Numbered from the whole stretch's first letter, positions 11,441 to 24,047 are shown. The stretch: DNA of 63,990 nt, filler included, from Stramenopiles sp. TOSAG23-2 (GCA_900128395.1; 6 parts of 6 records of this genome joined end to end with filler, not necessarily neighbours in it), one strand, 5' to 3'. The notes: generated by a model not told the origin, from the sequence alone. Translations and numbers: made by a program.

Positions 11441-11479
11441 TATATATATATATAATTTTATTTATATTTTTATATTCCC

Positions 11480-11779
11480 TTATTTACGATGATACACTCT
11501 ATCCCCAATAAATTTTATTGCATTTCGTTTCCCCAGACGAAATGGCCTACCAAATTCTTTCAAGCAATTTGGACATTTATAATCTTTATTAGTAAAATCT
11601 TTAACAATACGTTCTTCAATACACTTCACTAATGCACCTTTTCCTCCTTTTCTATATGTATATAATTTTGTCTTACATGAGTTACAAAATATATTTATTG
11701 TTTTTACAGGCATTTTTTTTTTTGGAAGAGTGGAAAAGCTTCGACAACTTATATATTTTAAAAGTAGAAAGGATGACAT
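11480..11779 (-). CDS. Small CxxC...CxxC zinc-ribbon protein with possible mitochondrial presequence
   Basis: FCNSCKTKLYTYRKGGKGALVKC...KCPNC; N-terminal MSSFLLLKYISCRSFST lacks acidic residues. Confidence 0.75.
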   Translation of the reverse strand: MSSFLLLKYISCRSFSTLPKKKMPVKTINIFCNSCKTKLYTYRKGGKGALVKCIEERIVKDFTNKDYKCPNCLKEFGRPFRLGKRNAIKFIGDRVYHRK

Positions 11780-12926
11780 TATCTATTTATACAATCTTTA
11801 TTATGTACAATGTTAGTTTTGTTTTTTTGAATAGGTCTATTATTAATTAATATTTTTTTTGACTTGAACACAAGATTTTTATGTTTTTTCAAATTAATTT
11901 TTCTACGCTGACGTATATTATCTCTAACTTTCCTGGCTAACTCTTCAACGTTTATAATTTCTTCTGTATCCATTTGTTATTATTAGTATAATCTTATATT
12001 TACCCAAACCATCAAACAACAAATCGAGAATATTGCTTTTGGTTATACATAATTTCCTCTTGTTTCCTCATTTGCACATTTTACTTTTCACACATGTATA
12101 TATTAATATATGTACTGTAAATTCAAAATATACATATTTTTGTCTAACCAGCTATAATAACCAGCAGCTAACTGGCTAACCAGCAGCTAACCAGGCTGAA
12201 TCCATAATCTACACCTACGGTGGTATCTCTGTTCCATAACGCCAACATCCATTATGAATAGTGTTATTTTTTTTCATATTTTGACACTTTTTCCACTATT
12301 TTAAATAGGATCTTGCACTTGCAAGTCTACAGAGCATTTTTTGTAAAAAATTCTACATTTTTGCACCTTTTTATGGATATTTTTATGTTGATAAATATGT
12401 AAATTGATATTTCAGGAATATAGATAAATGATTTCATTGTAAATTATATACCTGTAATAAATAATAGACTAGAAAAAGGATAATATTAATAATTTTAAAG
12501 ATTTTATTTACTCATACCAGCCGCCAGCCAGCATAAAGAACATTATATTAATTTACGCATAATTTATTGTTTTAATTTACTCATGATAATTCCTACTCTT
12601 CAAGAATATAAAATATATATATATCTTATATGAAAAAAATATGTGAAAGTTAAAGTATAAAGAAGATATTATTGAGGTAGCTATAAAGACATATATCATA
12701 TTATATTGAACTAAGAAAAAGCAAAGAAAAAGAGAAAGTCAGTGTGAAGGTAGATAGATAACTATATATACACATACGTACATACATACATATATAATTA
12801 AATACACAATGTCAGTGTTTCCACAACAAACTGCGAATACGATTTTATGTTTGTTTATGTGGAAAATCTATTCAATTTAACTCTGCTGCTATGTGCGATG
12901 CATGCATAGCAAGTGAAGTAGATATT

Positions 12927-13235
12927 TCAGAAGGTATACCAAAACAATCGCAATTCACAACCCAATGCTAATAATGCTTTTACGACATCCACATTCCCCG
13001 ACGATGCAGCAAACATTAACGGTGTTCTACCAACATTATTACGGCGATGAATAACTTCTTTACCATCTTGATTGTTTGGATGATTGATGAATGCATGTAA
13101 ATCATTAACAGTAAAAGTTTCTTTCATAATATCTTGGAATATATTCCGTGAAATTGATATTTTATACTTTGGTTTATTACTTCGACGAGCAATTAGTATT
13201 TGCATCAATTGTTCTGGATCTATTTCATAGTCCAT
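12927..13235 (-). CDS. Ankyrin-repeat protein (first exon or truncated)
   Basis: GRTPLMFAASSGNVDVVKALLALG ankyrin consensus; ORF ends right after it. Confidence 0.65.
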   Translation of the reverse strand: MDYEIDPEQLMQILIARRSNKPKYKISISRNIFQDIMKETFTVNDLHAFINHPNNQDGKEVIHRRNNVGRTPLMFAASSGNVDVVKALLALGCELRLFWYTF

Positions 13236-13367
13236 ATCAATTGCTTGCTGCTAAATAATGTTGTTGTTGTTTGAACTTTGTTATTTCGATTTTGGGCAAC
13301 ATTGCGACAACGGAAAGCGATCTTTTATATATATACTGACATATTTATATTCAGAGAGGGAGATCTA

Positions 13368-14459
13368 TTCACACTTTAAAACTTGTTAATATCCTATAAT
13401 TGTATCTAATAAATATTATCGTCCCGTATGAAGTTGGCAACGAGTTTTTGGCTTTTTTCGTGCGCCTTAAAATTGACGGCTAAAAAATTCAGGTTTTTTT
13501 TCTACCCAAATAATTTCCCGTATGAAGTTGGCAACGAGTTTTTGGCTTTTTTCGTGCGCCTTAAAATTGACGGCTAAAAAATTCAGGTTTTTTTTCTACC
13601 CAAATAATTTCAACTTGAAAAAGCCAATTTACCTTTTGACACACACTTCAACACACACAAAAATACACTTCCTCCATATTGTAAGACAATTCCTTGAACA
13701 CGCATGCTCCATCGATATATATAAACCATATACCAACTCGAATTGTATTACAATCGACTTTGAAAAAAATCGAATATCCAATGTCATTTCGTTCAATTTT
13801 CAGTATTTAAGTGATTTCTAATTAATTTTGATAGGGTATATATTTTATTTTGTACTAATTCAATACAAAAGGTGGGTTTGGATTTAAAAACTCAAGCAAT
13901 TACATGCACACACATGTGCACTCTTATGTGTAGTTAATCAATATAAATATGCAAAATATGACTGTCTATCATTTATTCATATTCAAATGAAAATTATTAA
14001 TGCGAAAAAGTAATTATTAAGATACAGAAACTGAATAATTGAATGCCATTAAGCAAATATATCCAGAAATTTAGAATTTAAGGTGCTACTACTGAACTTG
14101 AAAATTAGAGAGAAATAAACGAAATGACATTGGATATTCGATTTTTTTCAAAGTCGATTGTAATACAATTCGAGTTGGTATATGGTTTATATGTATCGAT
14201 GGAGCATGCGTGTTCAAGGAATTGTCTTACAATATGGAGGAAGTGTATTTTTGTGTGTGTTGAAGTGTGTGTCAAAAGGTAAATTGGCTTTTTCAAGTTG
14301 AAATTATTTGGGTAGAAAAAAAAGCTGAATTATTTAGCCGTCAATTTTAAGGCAAAATTATTAGTCACGAAAAAAGCCAAAACTCGTTGCCAACTTCATA
14401 CGGGACGATAATATTTATTAGATACAATTATAGGATATTAACAAGTTTTAAAGTGTGAA
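13368..14459. mobile_element. Long-inverted-repeat (foldback-like) non-coding element
   Basis: Arm 13368-13793 is a near-identical reverse complement of 14118-14459, around a ~325-bp unique spacer; ends TTCACAC...GTGTGAA. Confidence 0.6.
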
Positions 14460-14973
14460 GGCAAAATTATTAGTCACGAAAAAAGCCAAAACTCGTTGCC
14501 AACTTCATACGGGACGATAATATCACCACACTTACTCTCACACACCGTATAATACAGTAGCTAATGTTGCTATAATAACAAAACGGTTATACCTGTATAT
14601 GTATTCGTAGTTGCTATAATATGCACACATCGTAGCTCCTAGCTCTAAGTATGTGCATACGCTCATATTTTAAGGTATGGGCTGTAGCAGGGAAGAACGA
14701 AGGGAATCGAGTAGTACCATGTGCACATGTGCACCATAACCACAGGTGGATATATTGGTAACAAGATATAATAATAATATTTAGAGGCCGAAAAGTTGCC
14801 AAAAAAAATGTTCTCTAATAATAATTTTTATTATTTTTTTTTATTCTCTTTGCACCTTTCCTTTTTTTTAAAATCGCTCTCTCTGGCTCATCCGTTTTAA
14901 CATATTTAAAAATACAAGATGTAAAAATCTTCTACTAATCGTTTTTTGTAATCCAGACACCAGAAACTCATTT

Positions 14974-15013
<40 letters not shown>

Positions 15014-15053
15014 CTCACATATAAACATTTGATTGTAAACAATCGACATTTTT

Positions 15054-17300
15054 TTAATAACCAGTAGGAGTCATGATACCACTAGGACCATTTAAACCGA
15101 CAGGTGTTGACCTCTCTGTACATTGGTATATTTCATGCACTCTTGCATCTTCATCTACTACTAATTGAGTCATACCAGTATCTCCGTCAGTGACTAAATT
15201 ATAATAATTTAATGCAATATGCAAATCATCCTTTTCATCATACCAAGATGTAATAGTTGTCTCATCTTTTGTCTTTAATATGTGTCGAATTTCAACTTTT
15301 CTTTTATCTGGAACAATATTGCAAACATATTCTCCACCAAAATTTGGGCTTTCTAATAAACCAAAAAGCGCACCACCTTGAATGGGCCATAAATGTATTT
15401 TGCTATCCCCAATAAACGTCAACGAGCTATTTATTCCCAGCCTTGATCTTACTTGCAATTCAAGCGTTGGAGCTCGGTTCTTTCCTGTAATACTAAATGT
15501 CACTTTTATTTGTGCAAACATATATTTCATCAATTTACGTGCTAGCCATGGTACACCACATTTCATAAAGTAATTATCTCGATCACCATCTATTACTGCA
15601 TGCCAATCGTACACGCCATCCAATCCTTTAAATGCTGATATGCTATTGGATGCAGGAAAGGCAAGTAAATTAGGAGAACTGTCACTGCCAGCACCTGGCG
15701 AATAAGTAACTGTTGTTGTCTCTGGTGACATTGGTGGCGCACATGCACTCAATATCCACAAACCCAAGTCTTGCTTCCTCAATCTACGACCTTCGTTTGA
15801 TTCTAAATCTTCTGTTATTTTTTTCTTTGCTTGGACTATTTCCAATACATGACTGATGGAGGATCCATGTTTCAAAAGGAACTCATCAATCAGTTGCTCA
15901 CATAGCTCTAACATATCGTCATACATTTTTTCCATATTTTGATTATTTTCAATATCTTCCCTATTTTCATGTAAAAACTTGGAAATTGCAGCTGTCATTT
16001 CATTGCTGTCAATCATATACGACGCTAAACCTTTTAAAATCGATGCATCATTTCCTTTTTTCTTATCCTCGCTATCAAAATTCAATATATCATCATTGTC
16101 ATTTGTACCGAAAGGCGACAAGTCTAAAAATTCACCTTTCAACAACCCATGTAAAAAACCTTCACCAGTTTGTTCCTCGTTTTGATTGCTACTGCTACTG
16201 CTGCCACCCTCACCATTACCATTGTTGTTATTGTTATTATTATTACTATTATTGTCATCTTGACCATCAATTTTTGTAACTGCTATTAATAAACGTTGCA
16301 ATGCATGTCGCCTTGCAGTATTTTTATCATTTCTTCGACTAAGTGGAACCCACATGTCTTCCGTTGATGGCTCTGGATTCCAGCCAAGGAATGTACCAAG
16401 TAACGCCCTTGAACTTGATATATCACCATCTCCATCACTTTCATCAAATATATTACTGTAGCTAAAATCATCATTGGTGGTACTTGTTGTCGTCGTCGTT
16501 GTCGTACTGTTCCAGTTACTCTTTTTTTTCTTAGATGATGATGATGCATTGGAACGTTTCTTTCTTTTTTTCCCTTTTGTTGCACCAGTTGTACTACCAC
16601 GTTTTCTCGGGCTTCCTTTACCATTGCTCTTTTTCCGACGTTTATTTTCACGTGCAGTTTGTGTAGCTTTGATAAAATCATCTATATCTTGTTGTGTTAC
16701 AGATAAATGCTGCTGCGCAGGCTCTTGTCCATCCTTTGCACGTTTACTACTAGATAACGTGAAATCAGATGTTTTAGACAATGCAGAGAGTGTCAAGTAT
16801 CCAAAACTTTTTACCGAAGGTGTGAATAGATATACACGAAAATTATGCGATTGATCTTTCTTATGCTTGCTCGAACGCCATCCATAATGCCAACTAGTAG
16901 GCGAAAAATAAAATGTTGTTTTAACTCTATGACTATCACTTAATCTTTCTTCGCTTATTTTTTCACTAGAAACGAACTCTTTCAATGGATCCTCGCGATC
17001 GCGTACACGTTGCCTAACGTTTTCTGCATCGTAGGTATTATTCAATACCAAGCTCAAATTGTCTGGTTCTGGTAACGGGTCGTCCCTTGTAGAAAATCTA
17101 CCGAGTACCAAGGCTTCTTCAGCTAAAAAATCTCTTGAATAAGTTGTTACTGCAACACGGTGACCACAAAAACCTTTTGCATGATGTCCAGTTGGTAAAC
17201 ATTCTGGAAAACAACGTAAATTTTTCAAGCCACCACGCTTATTGTTACGCAAGTAATGATCCCGACATAACGATTCAATATGTACTTCAAATTCTTCCAT
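15054..17300 (-). CDS. Putative transcription regulator: conserved NLRCFPEC/WHYGW domain, basic NLS-like tract, C-terminal FABP-like domain
   Basis: 748-aa ORF; N-domain shared with the adjacent paralogue; KRRKK and KGKKRKKR tracts; GVYDW...DNYFMKCGVPWLARK resembles the FABP/calycin N-terminus. Confidence 0.75.
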   Translation of the reverse strand: MEEFEVHIESLCRDHYLRNNKRGGLKNLRCFPECLPTGHHAKGFCGHRVAVTTYSRDFLAEEALVLGRFSTRDDPLPEPDNLSLVLNNTYDAENVRQRVRDREDPLKEFVSSEKISEERLSDSHRVKTTFYFSPTSWHYGWRSSKHKKDQSHNFRVYLFTPSVKSFGYLTLSALSKTSDFTLSSSKRAKDGQEPAQQHLSVTQQDIDDFIKATQTARENKRRKKSNGKGSPRKRGSTTGATKGKKRKKRSNASSSSKKKKSNWNSTTTTTTTSTTNDDFSYSNIFDESDGDGDISSSRALLGTFLGWNPEPSTEDMWVPLSRRNDKNTARRHALQRLLIAVTKIDGQDDNNSNNNNNNNNGNGEGGSSSSSNQNEEQTGEGFLHGLLKGEFLDLSPFGTNDNDDILNFDSEDKKKGNDASILKGLASYMIDSNEMTAAISKFLHENREDIENNQNMEKMYDDMLELCEQLIDEFLLKHGSSISHVLEIVQAKKKITEDLESNEGRRLRKQDLGLWILSACAPPMSPETTTVTYSPGAGSDSSPNLLAFPASNSISAFKGLDGVYDWHAVIDGDRDNYFMKCGVPWLARKLMKYMFAQIKVTFSITGKNRAPTLELQVRSRLGINSSLTFIGDSKIHLWPIQGGALFGLLESPNFGGEYVCNIVPDKRKVEIRHILKTKDETTITSWYDEKDDLHIALNYYNLVTDGDTGMTQLVVDEDARVHEIYQCTERSTPVGLNGPSGIMTPTGY

Positions 17301-18008
17301 GTTGATTTCTTTATTTGTTGGTGCGTATATTTATATATGTATATGTTGTATATATATATATTATTATGCAATATTGGTGAAGCTATATATATTATTATGC
17401 CCCGTCTTTTACTAGCTATAATAATTAAATAAATATTACGAACGTATTATTATTATAATTGTTGATATAAAAAAAGACCGATATATATATGATAGTTAGT
17501 AATAATATAAATATAAATATAAAATATTTCTTATGTTGTTCTTCTTTGTTAGTAATATATAATATGATATTCCTGTTTCAAGCTATGACTTAACTATCAT
17601 ATATTGGCCATATGTCAACATAAATCTACATGTAAATAATTTCGTATATATGTACATATATAATTCTAATAATAATAATAATAATAGCTGCATTTATTAC
17701 TAGTAGCACTCCAGCACTACCGCACTACCGACCAGGTACTGATGAGCACATGACTGATGATAATTTTTTGCAATTTTCGGTTATTCTAGTTATATAGGCC
17801 GTAATATCATTATAAGAATAAATCAGTGTTGCTTGAACTATTAATATTTCATTTAAATATTATGCTGGTCGTATAATGCTATTGAATGCTATGGAAAAAT
17901 ATTAAAATCTTAGCTATATCTCAACGCTATCGTAGATTTGGACCTTTGTCCCACGTGCGCAGTGCTACCCTCTAAAACATGCCAAAACTGTACAAAACAT
18001 GCCAAAAC

Positions 18009-18092
18009 TGTACACTTATTATAACACTATTCACTATAGTGGAAATATTCATCATTTTTTCTATATTTTCGGATATTTGCTATTTTTTCCAA
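18009..18092. repeat. ~65-80-bp non-coding block repeated at ~21287-21365
   Basis: CACTATTCACTAT...GAAATATTCATC..TTTTTCTATATTTTCGGATATTTGCTATTTTT present upstream of both paralogues. Confidence 0.85.
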
Positions 18093-18458
18093 ATATATGA
18101 AAAATAAAATTGGTATTTTAGAAAACGATAGAGTAGCACTGCGTGCGTTTTCATCCTCTAAATTTTTCCTCTGACACGTGGAATATTAATGCTATGTACC
18201 TGCTAAATTTCCCAAACCAATAAGCTTGTGGATAATGCACCAAGATCGAACTTCGCACCAATTAGTGTAAGACTGAAACAGTATCTTGGTGTCGTCCAGA
18301 AACGCTAGAGCTATATATATATTTATCGGGCATATTTACCAGCATATCACAGATAAAAAAAATCAAAATATTTTTTTATTAAAATATTTTTATATAATCA
18401 TACACGACAACTTGACCTTTTACTACTACCGCCTAACCCCGATAAATTACTACTCGTA

Positions 18459-20672
18459 CTACTGATTACGCGGCATTCCAATATCATTATTACTATTATT
18501 ACTTTGCATGTCACTAGTTATTGACGATTTTTTAAGTAGTATTTTAGTACCCTTCTGTGCACTTGGATGAAACATTTTATTTTCAGTTAAATCAGATGGC
18601 GTAGGAGATGCTTTTCCATCAAACAAACTTCTACCGTTTTTCATACTAGTAGAAGAGCTACTTTTGCTTTCACCAATACTTAAGGAATCTGGTGGACCAG
18701 CATGATTAGTACTTTGTATTGATGTATCAAAGATCGGCATTTCCGATGCCTCAAATTGAGGCGACAAACTCATACCGATTTGTGGCATTTTGTTTCCATC
18801 TTCTAGATTTATATCTGACGACGGCATTAACATCGGAGAAGCTATAAATGCGGACTCTAACGACAATAAATTATTACTACTACCACCTAATCCCGATAAA
18901 TTACTACTCGTACTACTGATACGCGGCATTCCAATATCATTAGCACTATTATTACTTTGCATGTCACTAGTTATTGACGATTTTTTAAGTAGTATTTTAG
19001 TACCCTTCTGTGCACTTGGATGAAACATTTTATTTTCAGTTAACTGGTATTTCGATAAGTATCGATTATGTAATACATTTGGATCCTGATCTTCCACATA
19101 AATATCATCGTCATGCTCACTATCACTTGGTAATGTCAGCATGGAATCCGATCTCTCATACCTTGCTTCTCTAGCAGCAGACGTATTCTGCAATAAAGAT
19201 GCGTGTGGCATTATGACGCTACTACTACCATGATCGAAGGACAATCCGTTATTAGAAGTAGTATTTTTTCCCTTCTTCTCCCTCTTCTTCTGTTTCTTTC
19301 TAGGGCTTTTGCTATTACTTTTTTTATTTTTCGCTGGACGTTTATTTTTATTTTTCTCTTTCGTTTTACTTGTACCCGATTGTTGATTATTGGACAAAAT
19401 TTTTGTGATATAAGTCGAACCTCTATTCAACAACGAATCAATTGCTATTTGAAGTTTGATACGCTTTATTTTTGGATCCTCACCACTAATTCCATCACCA
19501 TTTGTTTGGTTTAACATCGATATGGAGGATAATCCTACCTGTTTAGCTAATTTTCTTTTAATTACACTTTTTTGTATTTTCTTACGCTTCTTTGTTTCTT
19601 TACTGTTTTGCAACTCTGCACATTTTCCCGGCGTTACTGTCAAATGCTGTTGAATTGGTAATTGACCTGCCCTTGCACGTTTGCTGCTTGATAATGTAAA
19701 CGATGATGTTTGTGAGACTGCTACACATACCATTGTATCACATGCACGGATCATCATTGGGTTGTTATTACGATCTACTATGCCCTCATCGTCAGCATCA
19801 TTGGCATCTTTACTTATTGAAGATTTATCCATCATGATGTCATCTGTTTTTTTCGTTACAGTCATTGGATCATTGCTGATGCTACCATTACCAATATGAT
19901 TACTTTGCGTCGCTTTTTTCAATGCTTTCTTTGGTAATAATAAAACTACACGAAAGCAATGACGTTGATCTTTTTTATGTTTACTTGAACGCCAACCATA
20001 GTGCCAACTTGTTGGTGAAAAATGAAAAATAGTTTTATACGTAGATGTGTTTGGATTTTTCCCCCCTTCAAATTTTTCACTAGCAACGTAATCTTTCAAT
20101 GGGTCATCTCGTGTACCTATTGTTGTGTGTGTTACATTTTGTTTGGTTAGTTCACAAATTTTCTTTTCGGTTTAGATTCTGGTTCACTTTCAGACGTTGA
20201 TTCCAGGTTCAGTTCCAGGTTCAGTTTCAGTTTCAGTTCAGATTTTCAGCCAAGAGCCAGCTGCCAAGATTCTATACATAATATAGTATATATAATTTTA
20301 CTTACGTGTATTTTCAGCTAACTCAGCAATTTTCATCTCATCCCCAATCTTAAATACATCTTCATTTGTCACCATCATGTTTTTTTTCCATGTGACGAAC
20401 GAACCGACTAAAATGCTTCCATTTGGCAATGGGCGCTCGGTATTGCACGTTACGGCGACCCTATGCCCACAAAAACCTTTCGAATGATGACCGGAAGGTA
20501 GACATTCTGGAAAACAACGTAAATTCTTTAAACCACCACGTTTATTGTTACGCAAATAATGTTCCCTGCACAAAGAGTTTACGACTAAATTATACCGCGA
20601 TGAATTCAAAAGATTGGGAAAATCTATAGCAGGTGATGGTGATGTAGAATTTCTAACAGATATTTTAGACAT
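18459..20672 (-). CDS. Paralogue of the 15054-17300 gene, two exons (20672-20306, 20116-18459)
   Basis: GTAAGT donor at 20305 and TAG acceptor at 20117 give ENTRTRDDPLKDYVASE, collinear with RVRDREDPLKEFVSSE in the paralogue; 3' end disturbed by a duplication of ~18875-19043. Confidence 0.8.
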
Positions 20673-21365
20673 TTTAGTATGTGAGACTATGTAAAATATT
20701 TTTTTTCTACTATGGACGTCCACAGGAAGGGTAAAAATATAAATAATTAATCAAACAAGACAAAATACAATACAATGATTGATTAATGTAATGTTGATTT
20801 CCTTATTCTGTCCTACCTCTCTCTTTTGTATATATAATATATATGCGTAGGTATTATCTATATATGAATGCCAGTCACGGTAGTAGTAATAGTAGTTGTT
20901 GTTTTATGTCTATTCGTAAATATATTACGTTTTGGTTGCACATAGTGTGTCGCACTGTTAGTAAGTTAAATACATGTATCTATATATTTTGCCCATTATT
21001 TATTGTACAAGACAATAGCAGGACACATCATTACAATTTAAAAACTAATTGTAATACAAAATCTACCACCAGTTTTGATGCGTCAATGCGTCTAGATGAA
21101 ATCTTTTTACAAGCAAGTGCTATATCAATGCTATTTAATGTCTAATCTGGTACATGTAATCCACTCCAACCTTGTAGACTATCTGTTGACGACAGTATAC
21201 AGTATTATAACTTGTGCCCACTTGCCCACACGTGCCCAAAGTAAAAAGTAAAGATCTATAGTTTACAATACTAACCACACAAATATGTGCACTTAAGCAC
21301 TATTCACTATGGGGGAAATATTCATCGTTTTTTCTATATTTTCGGATATTTGCTATTTTTTACAA

Positions 21366-21465
21366 NNNNNNNNNNNNNNNNNNNNNNNNNNNNNNNNNNN
21401 NNNNNNNNNTTAATTAATTAANNNNNNNNNNNNNNNNNNNNNNNNNNNNNNNNNNNNNNNNNNNN
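21366..21465. other. Artificial contig spacer
   Basis: N run with TTAATTAATTAA. Confidence 0.99.
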
Positions 21466-22278
21466 TGATGGGGATAGTAGAAGAGGTAGAAGCGATAGTG
21501 TGATCAGTGTGTAAAGAGTTTGTTAAGATCGGAACCTGTGTGTGTGTGTGTGTGGGGTTTTTGTGAATAACCAAGGTTGTGAGTTAGAGAGTCTGAAGAG
21601 AGAGTAAAAAGGGGTTTGATTCTTTGATTTCTTCGGGTTGTTCCCGCAGTAAATCGTTTTAGAGGTCTGTTTATTAATTAGAAAAATATGCTTATAGTAG
21701 GAATATATTTTTTTGTCTCTCTTTAATCGCTCTACTTTCTCCTGACTTCTCATTCTTCTCAAATTCTTTTTCTGTTTCATAGTGTGGTATATTTTTTTCA
21801 TCTTGAGAAATATATGACTCTCTCTTTTACATTACAAAAATGGTCTGTTAACATTTACAATACTGTACCTACTGTCTAACATTTGGTAACGTTGATATCT
21901 CATGATCTACTGACGTAATACAAATTTAATCATAATTATCAACATAAGATGGTGTTTCAAATGTTTCTTTAATAATTTCTATTTTTTTGTATTTTTAATA
22001 ATATTGTCGTTGTGATGATCATTTTATTATTATCATGTATCTATCGATCTACTACGTATTGTGTTATATATATATGTTAATATGTACATTGTTTTAAACG
22101 TATTATACTACGTCCATTATTACTGTCGTTCGTTACCGTTCTTTAAACTTTTTCTAATTTGGTAAAGGTACCACCACCTAAACCTTGCATTTTGATTTTA
22201 TATATATATATGTTAATATGTACATTGTTTTAAACGTATTATACTACGTCCATTATTACTGTCGTTCGTTATCGTTCT

Positions 22279-22863
22279 TTAAACTTTTTCTAATTTGGTA
22301 AAGGTACCACCACCTAAACCTTGCATTTTGATTTTATATATATCTTTGTTGCTAGTATTTATTAAATATTGACAGTTGTGATGTTCCATCATACGATGTT
22401 TACCACAATATCTATGTTTGCATTTACATTCCATATCAGTTAATTTTAATTTCACTTTGCAACCATCAAACCAACAACGTTTTTTAGATTTCTTTTTTTT
22501 CTTTTTTTTTGGTTTTTTATCTTCACCATCCCCATTTGCAACGGCAGTGGCAGTAGAACTAGCATCATCAGATGCTGATGGTTTACTATCATTTTGTTCA
22601 GATTGTTTCATTATTGTTTCCTCTTTTTCTTTTTTTTTAATGTTGTTTTCAACAACATTATTTTGACTAACGTTGTCCGTTTCTTCGTCTACGTCCATTT
22701 TAACTACATTTTCATGTGTAGTTGTTGTTGTTGTTGTTGTTTGTTGTGGTTGTTGCATTGATAATTGCAATGCAGCTGCTAATATTGGATCATGTTCATC
22801 ATCATCTTCAATTGATAAATTTCTATCAATATTCGTAGGTCCTTGATCATTATGTTGTGACAT
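22279..22863 (-). CDS. AN1-type zinc finger protein with UIM-like motif
   Basis: RCWFDGCKVKLKLTDMECKCKHRYCGKHRMMEHHNC; DPILAAALQLSMQ. Confidence 0.9.
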   Translation of the reverse strand: MSQHNDQGPTNIDRNLSIEDDDEHDPILAAALQLSMQQPQQTTTTTTTTHENVVKMDVDEETDNVSQNNVVENNIKKKEKEETIMKQSEQNDSKPSASDDASSTATAVANGDGEDKKPKKKKKKKSKKRCWFDGCKVKLKLTDMECKCKHRYCGKHRMMEHHNCQYLINTSNKDIYKIKMQGLGGGTFTKLEKV

Positions 22864-24047
22864 TTTTTAGTACTATGTTTTTTTTTTGAAAGGGTATTGA
22901 AAAATGATTTAACGTAAAAAAATATAAAAAATGTGTGAATGATGAATGTATTGTTTCCAAATAAAAAAATAATATATATTTCTTCTCTCTTTTTGTTCTT
23001 GTATTCCAATGTATTGTATTAATAAAATGTGTATGACTTCTTTACCTTTTTTCTATCTCTGTATGTTTTTCCTGTTTACTTTTGTTACTATCTATGACAT
23101 ATATATCTACTCTCTTGCATTTATCCAACATATATGTCTATATATTTAAAACTATTTTTTCTATCTCTGTATGTTTTTCCTGTTTACTTTTGTTACTATC
23201 TATGACATATATATCTACTCTCTTGCATTTATCCAACATATATGTCTATATATTTAAAACTATTTACTATTGAAACTATTAGTCGTCCTGGTAAAGTAGT
23301 GCTTTGTGCCTTTTAAAACTGCGCGTGTAATGTTGGTGTACATGGTTTTAAGGTAAGGAAATCCAGAATGGTCATTGTTAAGGATATATAGTTGGAATAA
23401 TAGTAATTTAGATGATCTTTCTAAAACCTCACAATTGTACTGGATGTATACTGATTAATACAAAATACCTATATAATACGATATAATACTATTGTAATGG
23501 TAATTGGAAAGAATAATACCCATTTTACAATAGTGTATCGTTATAATTTATTGGAGGTGTATTTGTAAACCATACTGTGCGTATGGTACGTATATATAGC
23601 ATCTAATAGCATTGGTAACCGTGTGTAAATGCTACCAAATTTGTTGTGAGTGCTGTGTCATACTAGATTGATTAATATTAGATCTATTATTTTTTTATAT
23701 TTTTGAAGATAATTAATTTCCGATTTAGTATCATTTAGAGGTCCATCAATTGTTCGTTTCTTTTTCTCGTTGTTGCGCTTCGAGATCTTTCTTTGAAAGT
23801 GTAATAGAATTTATTATGGAAATGTAGATGTAAATTTATTATGTTTATATTATCCATTTGATTTATTATATATCGTATTACAGGTTCTTTAAAAACTATT
23901 TTAAATCGGCAATTCATGTATAAAATAGTATTTTATGGATCCTAACTATTTTTTTTAGTTGTGATGGTCATTGCAATAGTTATACGTTGTAATAATTCTA
24001 ATAATCATCTATCATCAAAAAACTGAACTAATATTTTGATATGGAAG

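Noticed and set aside
13522-14296. Two near-identical ORFs on opposite strands (KKPIYLLTHTST...)
   Set aside because: Translations of the inverted arms; no transposase or other motif
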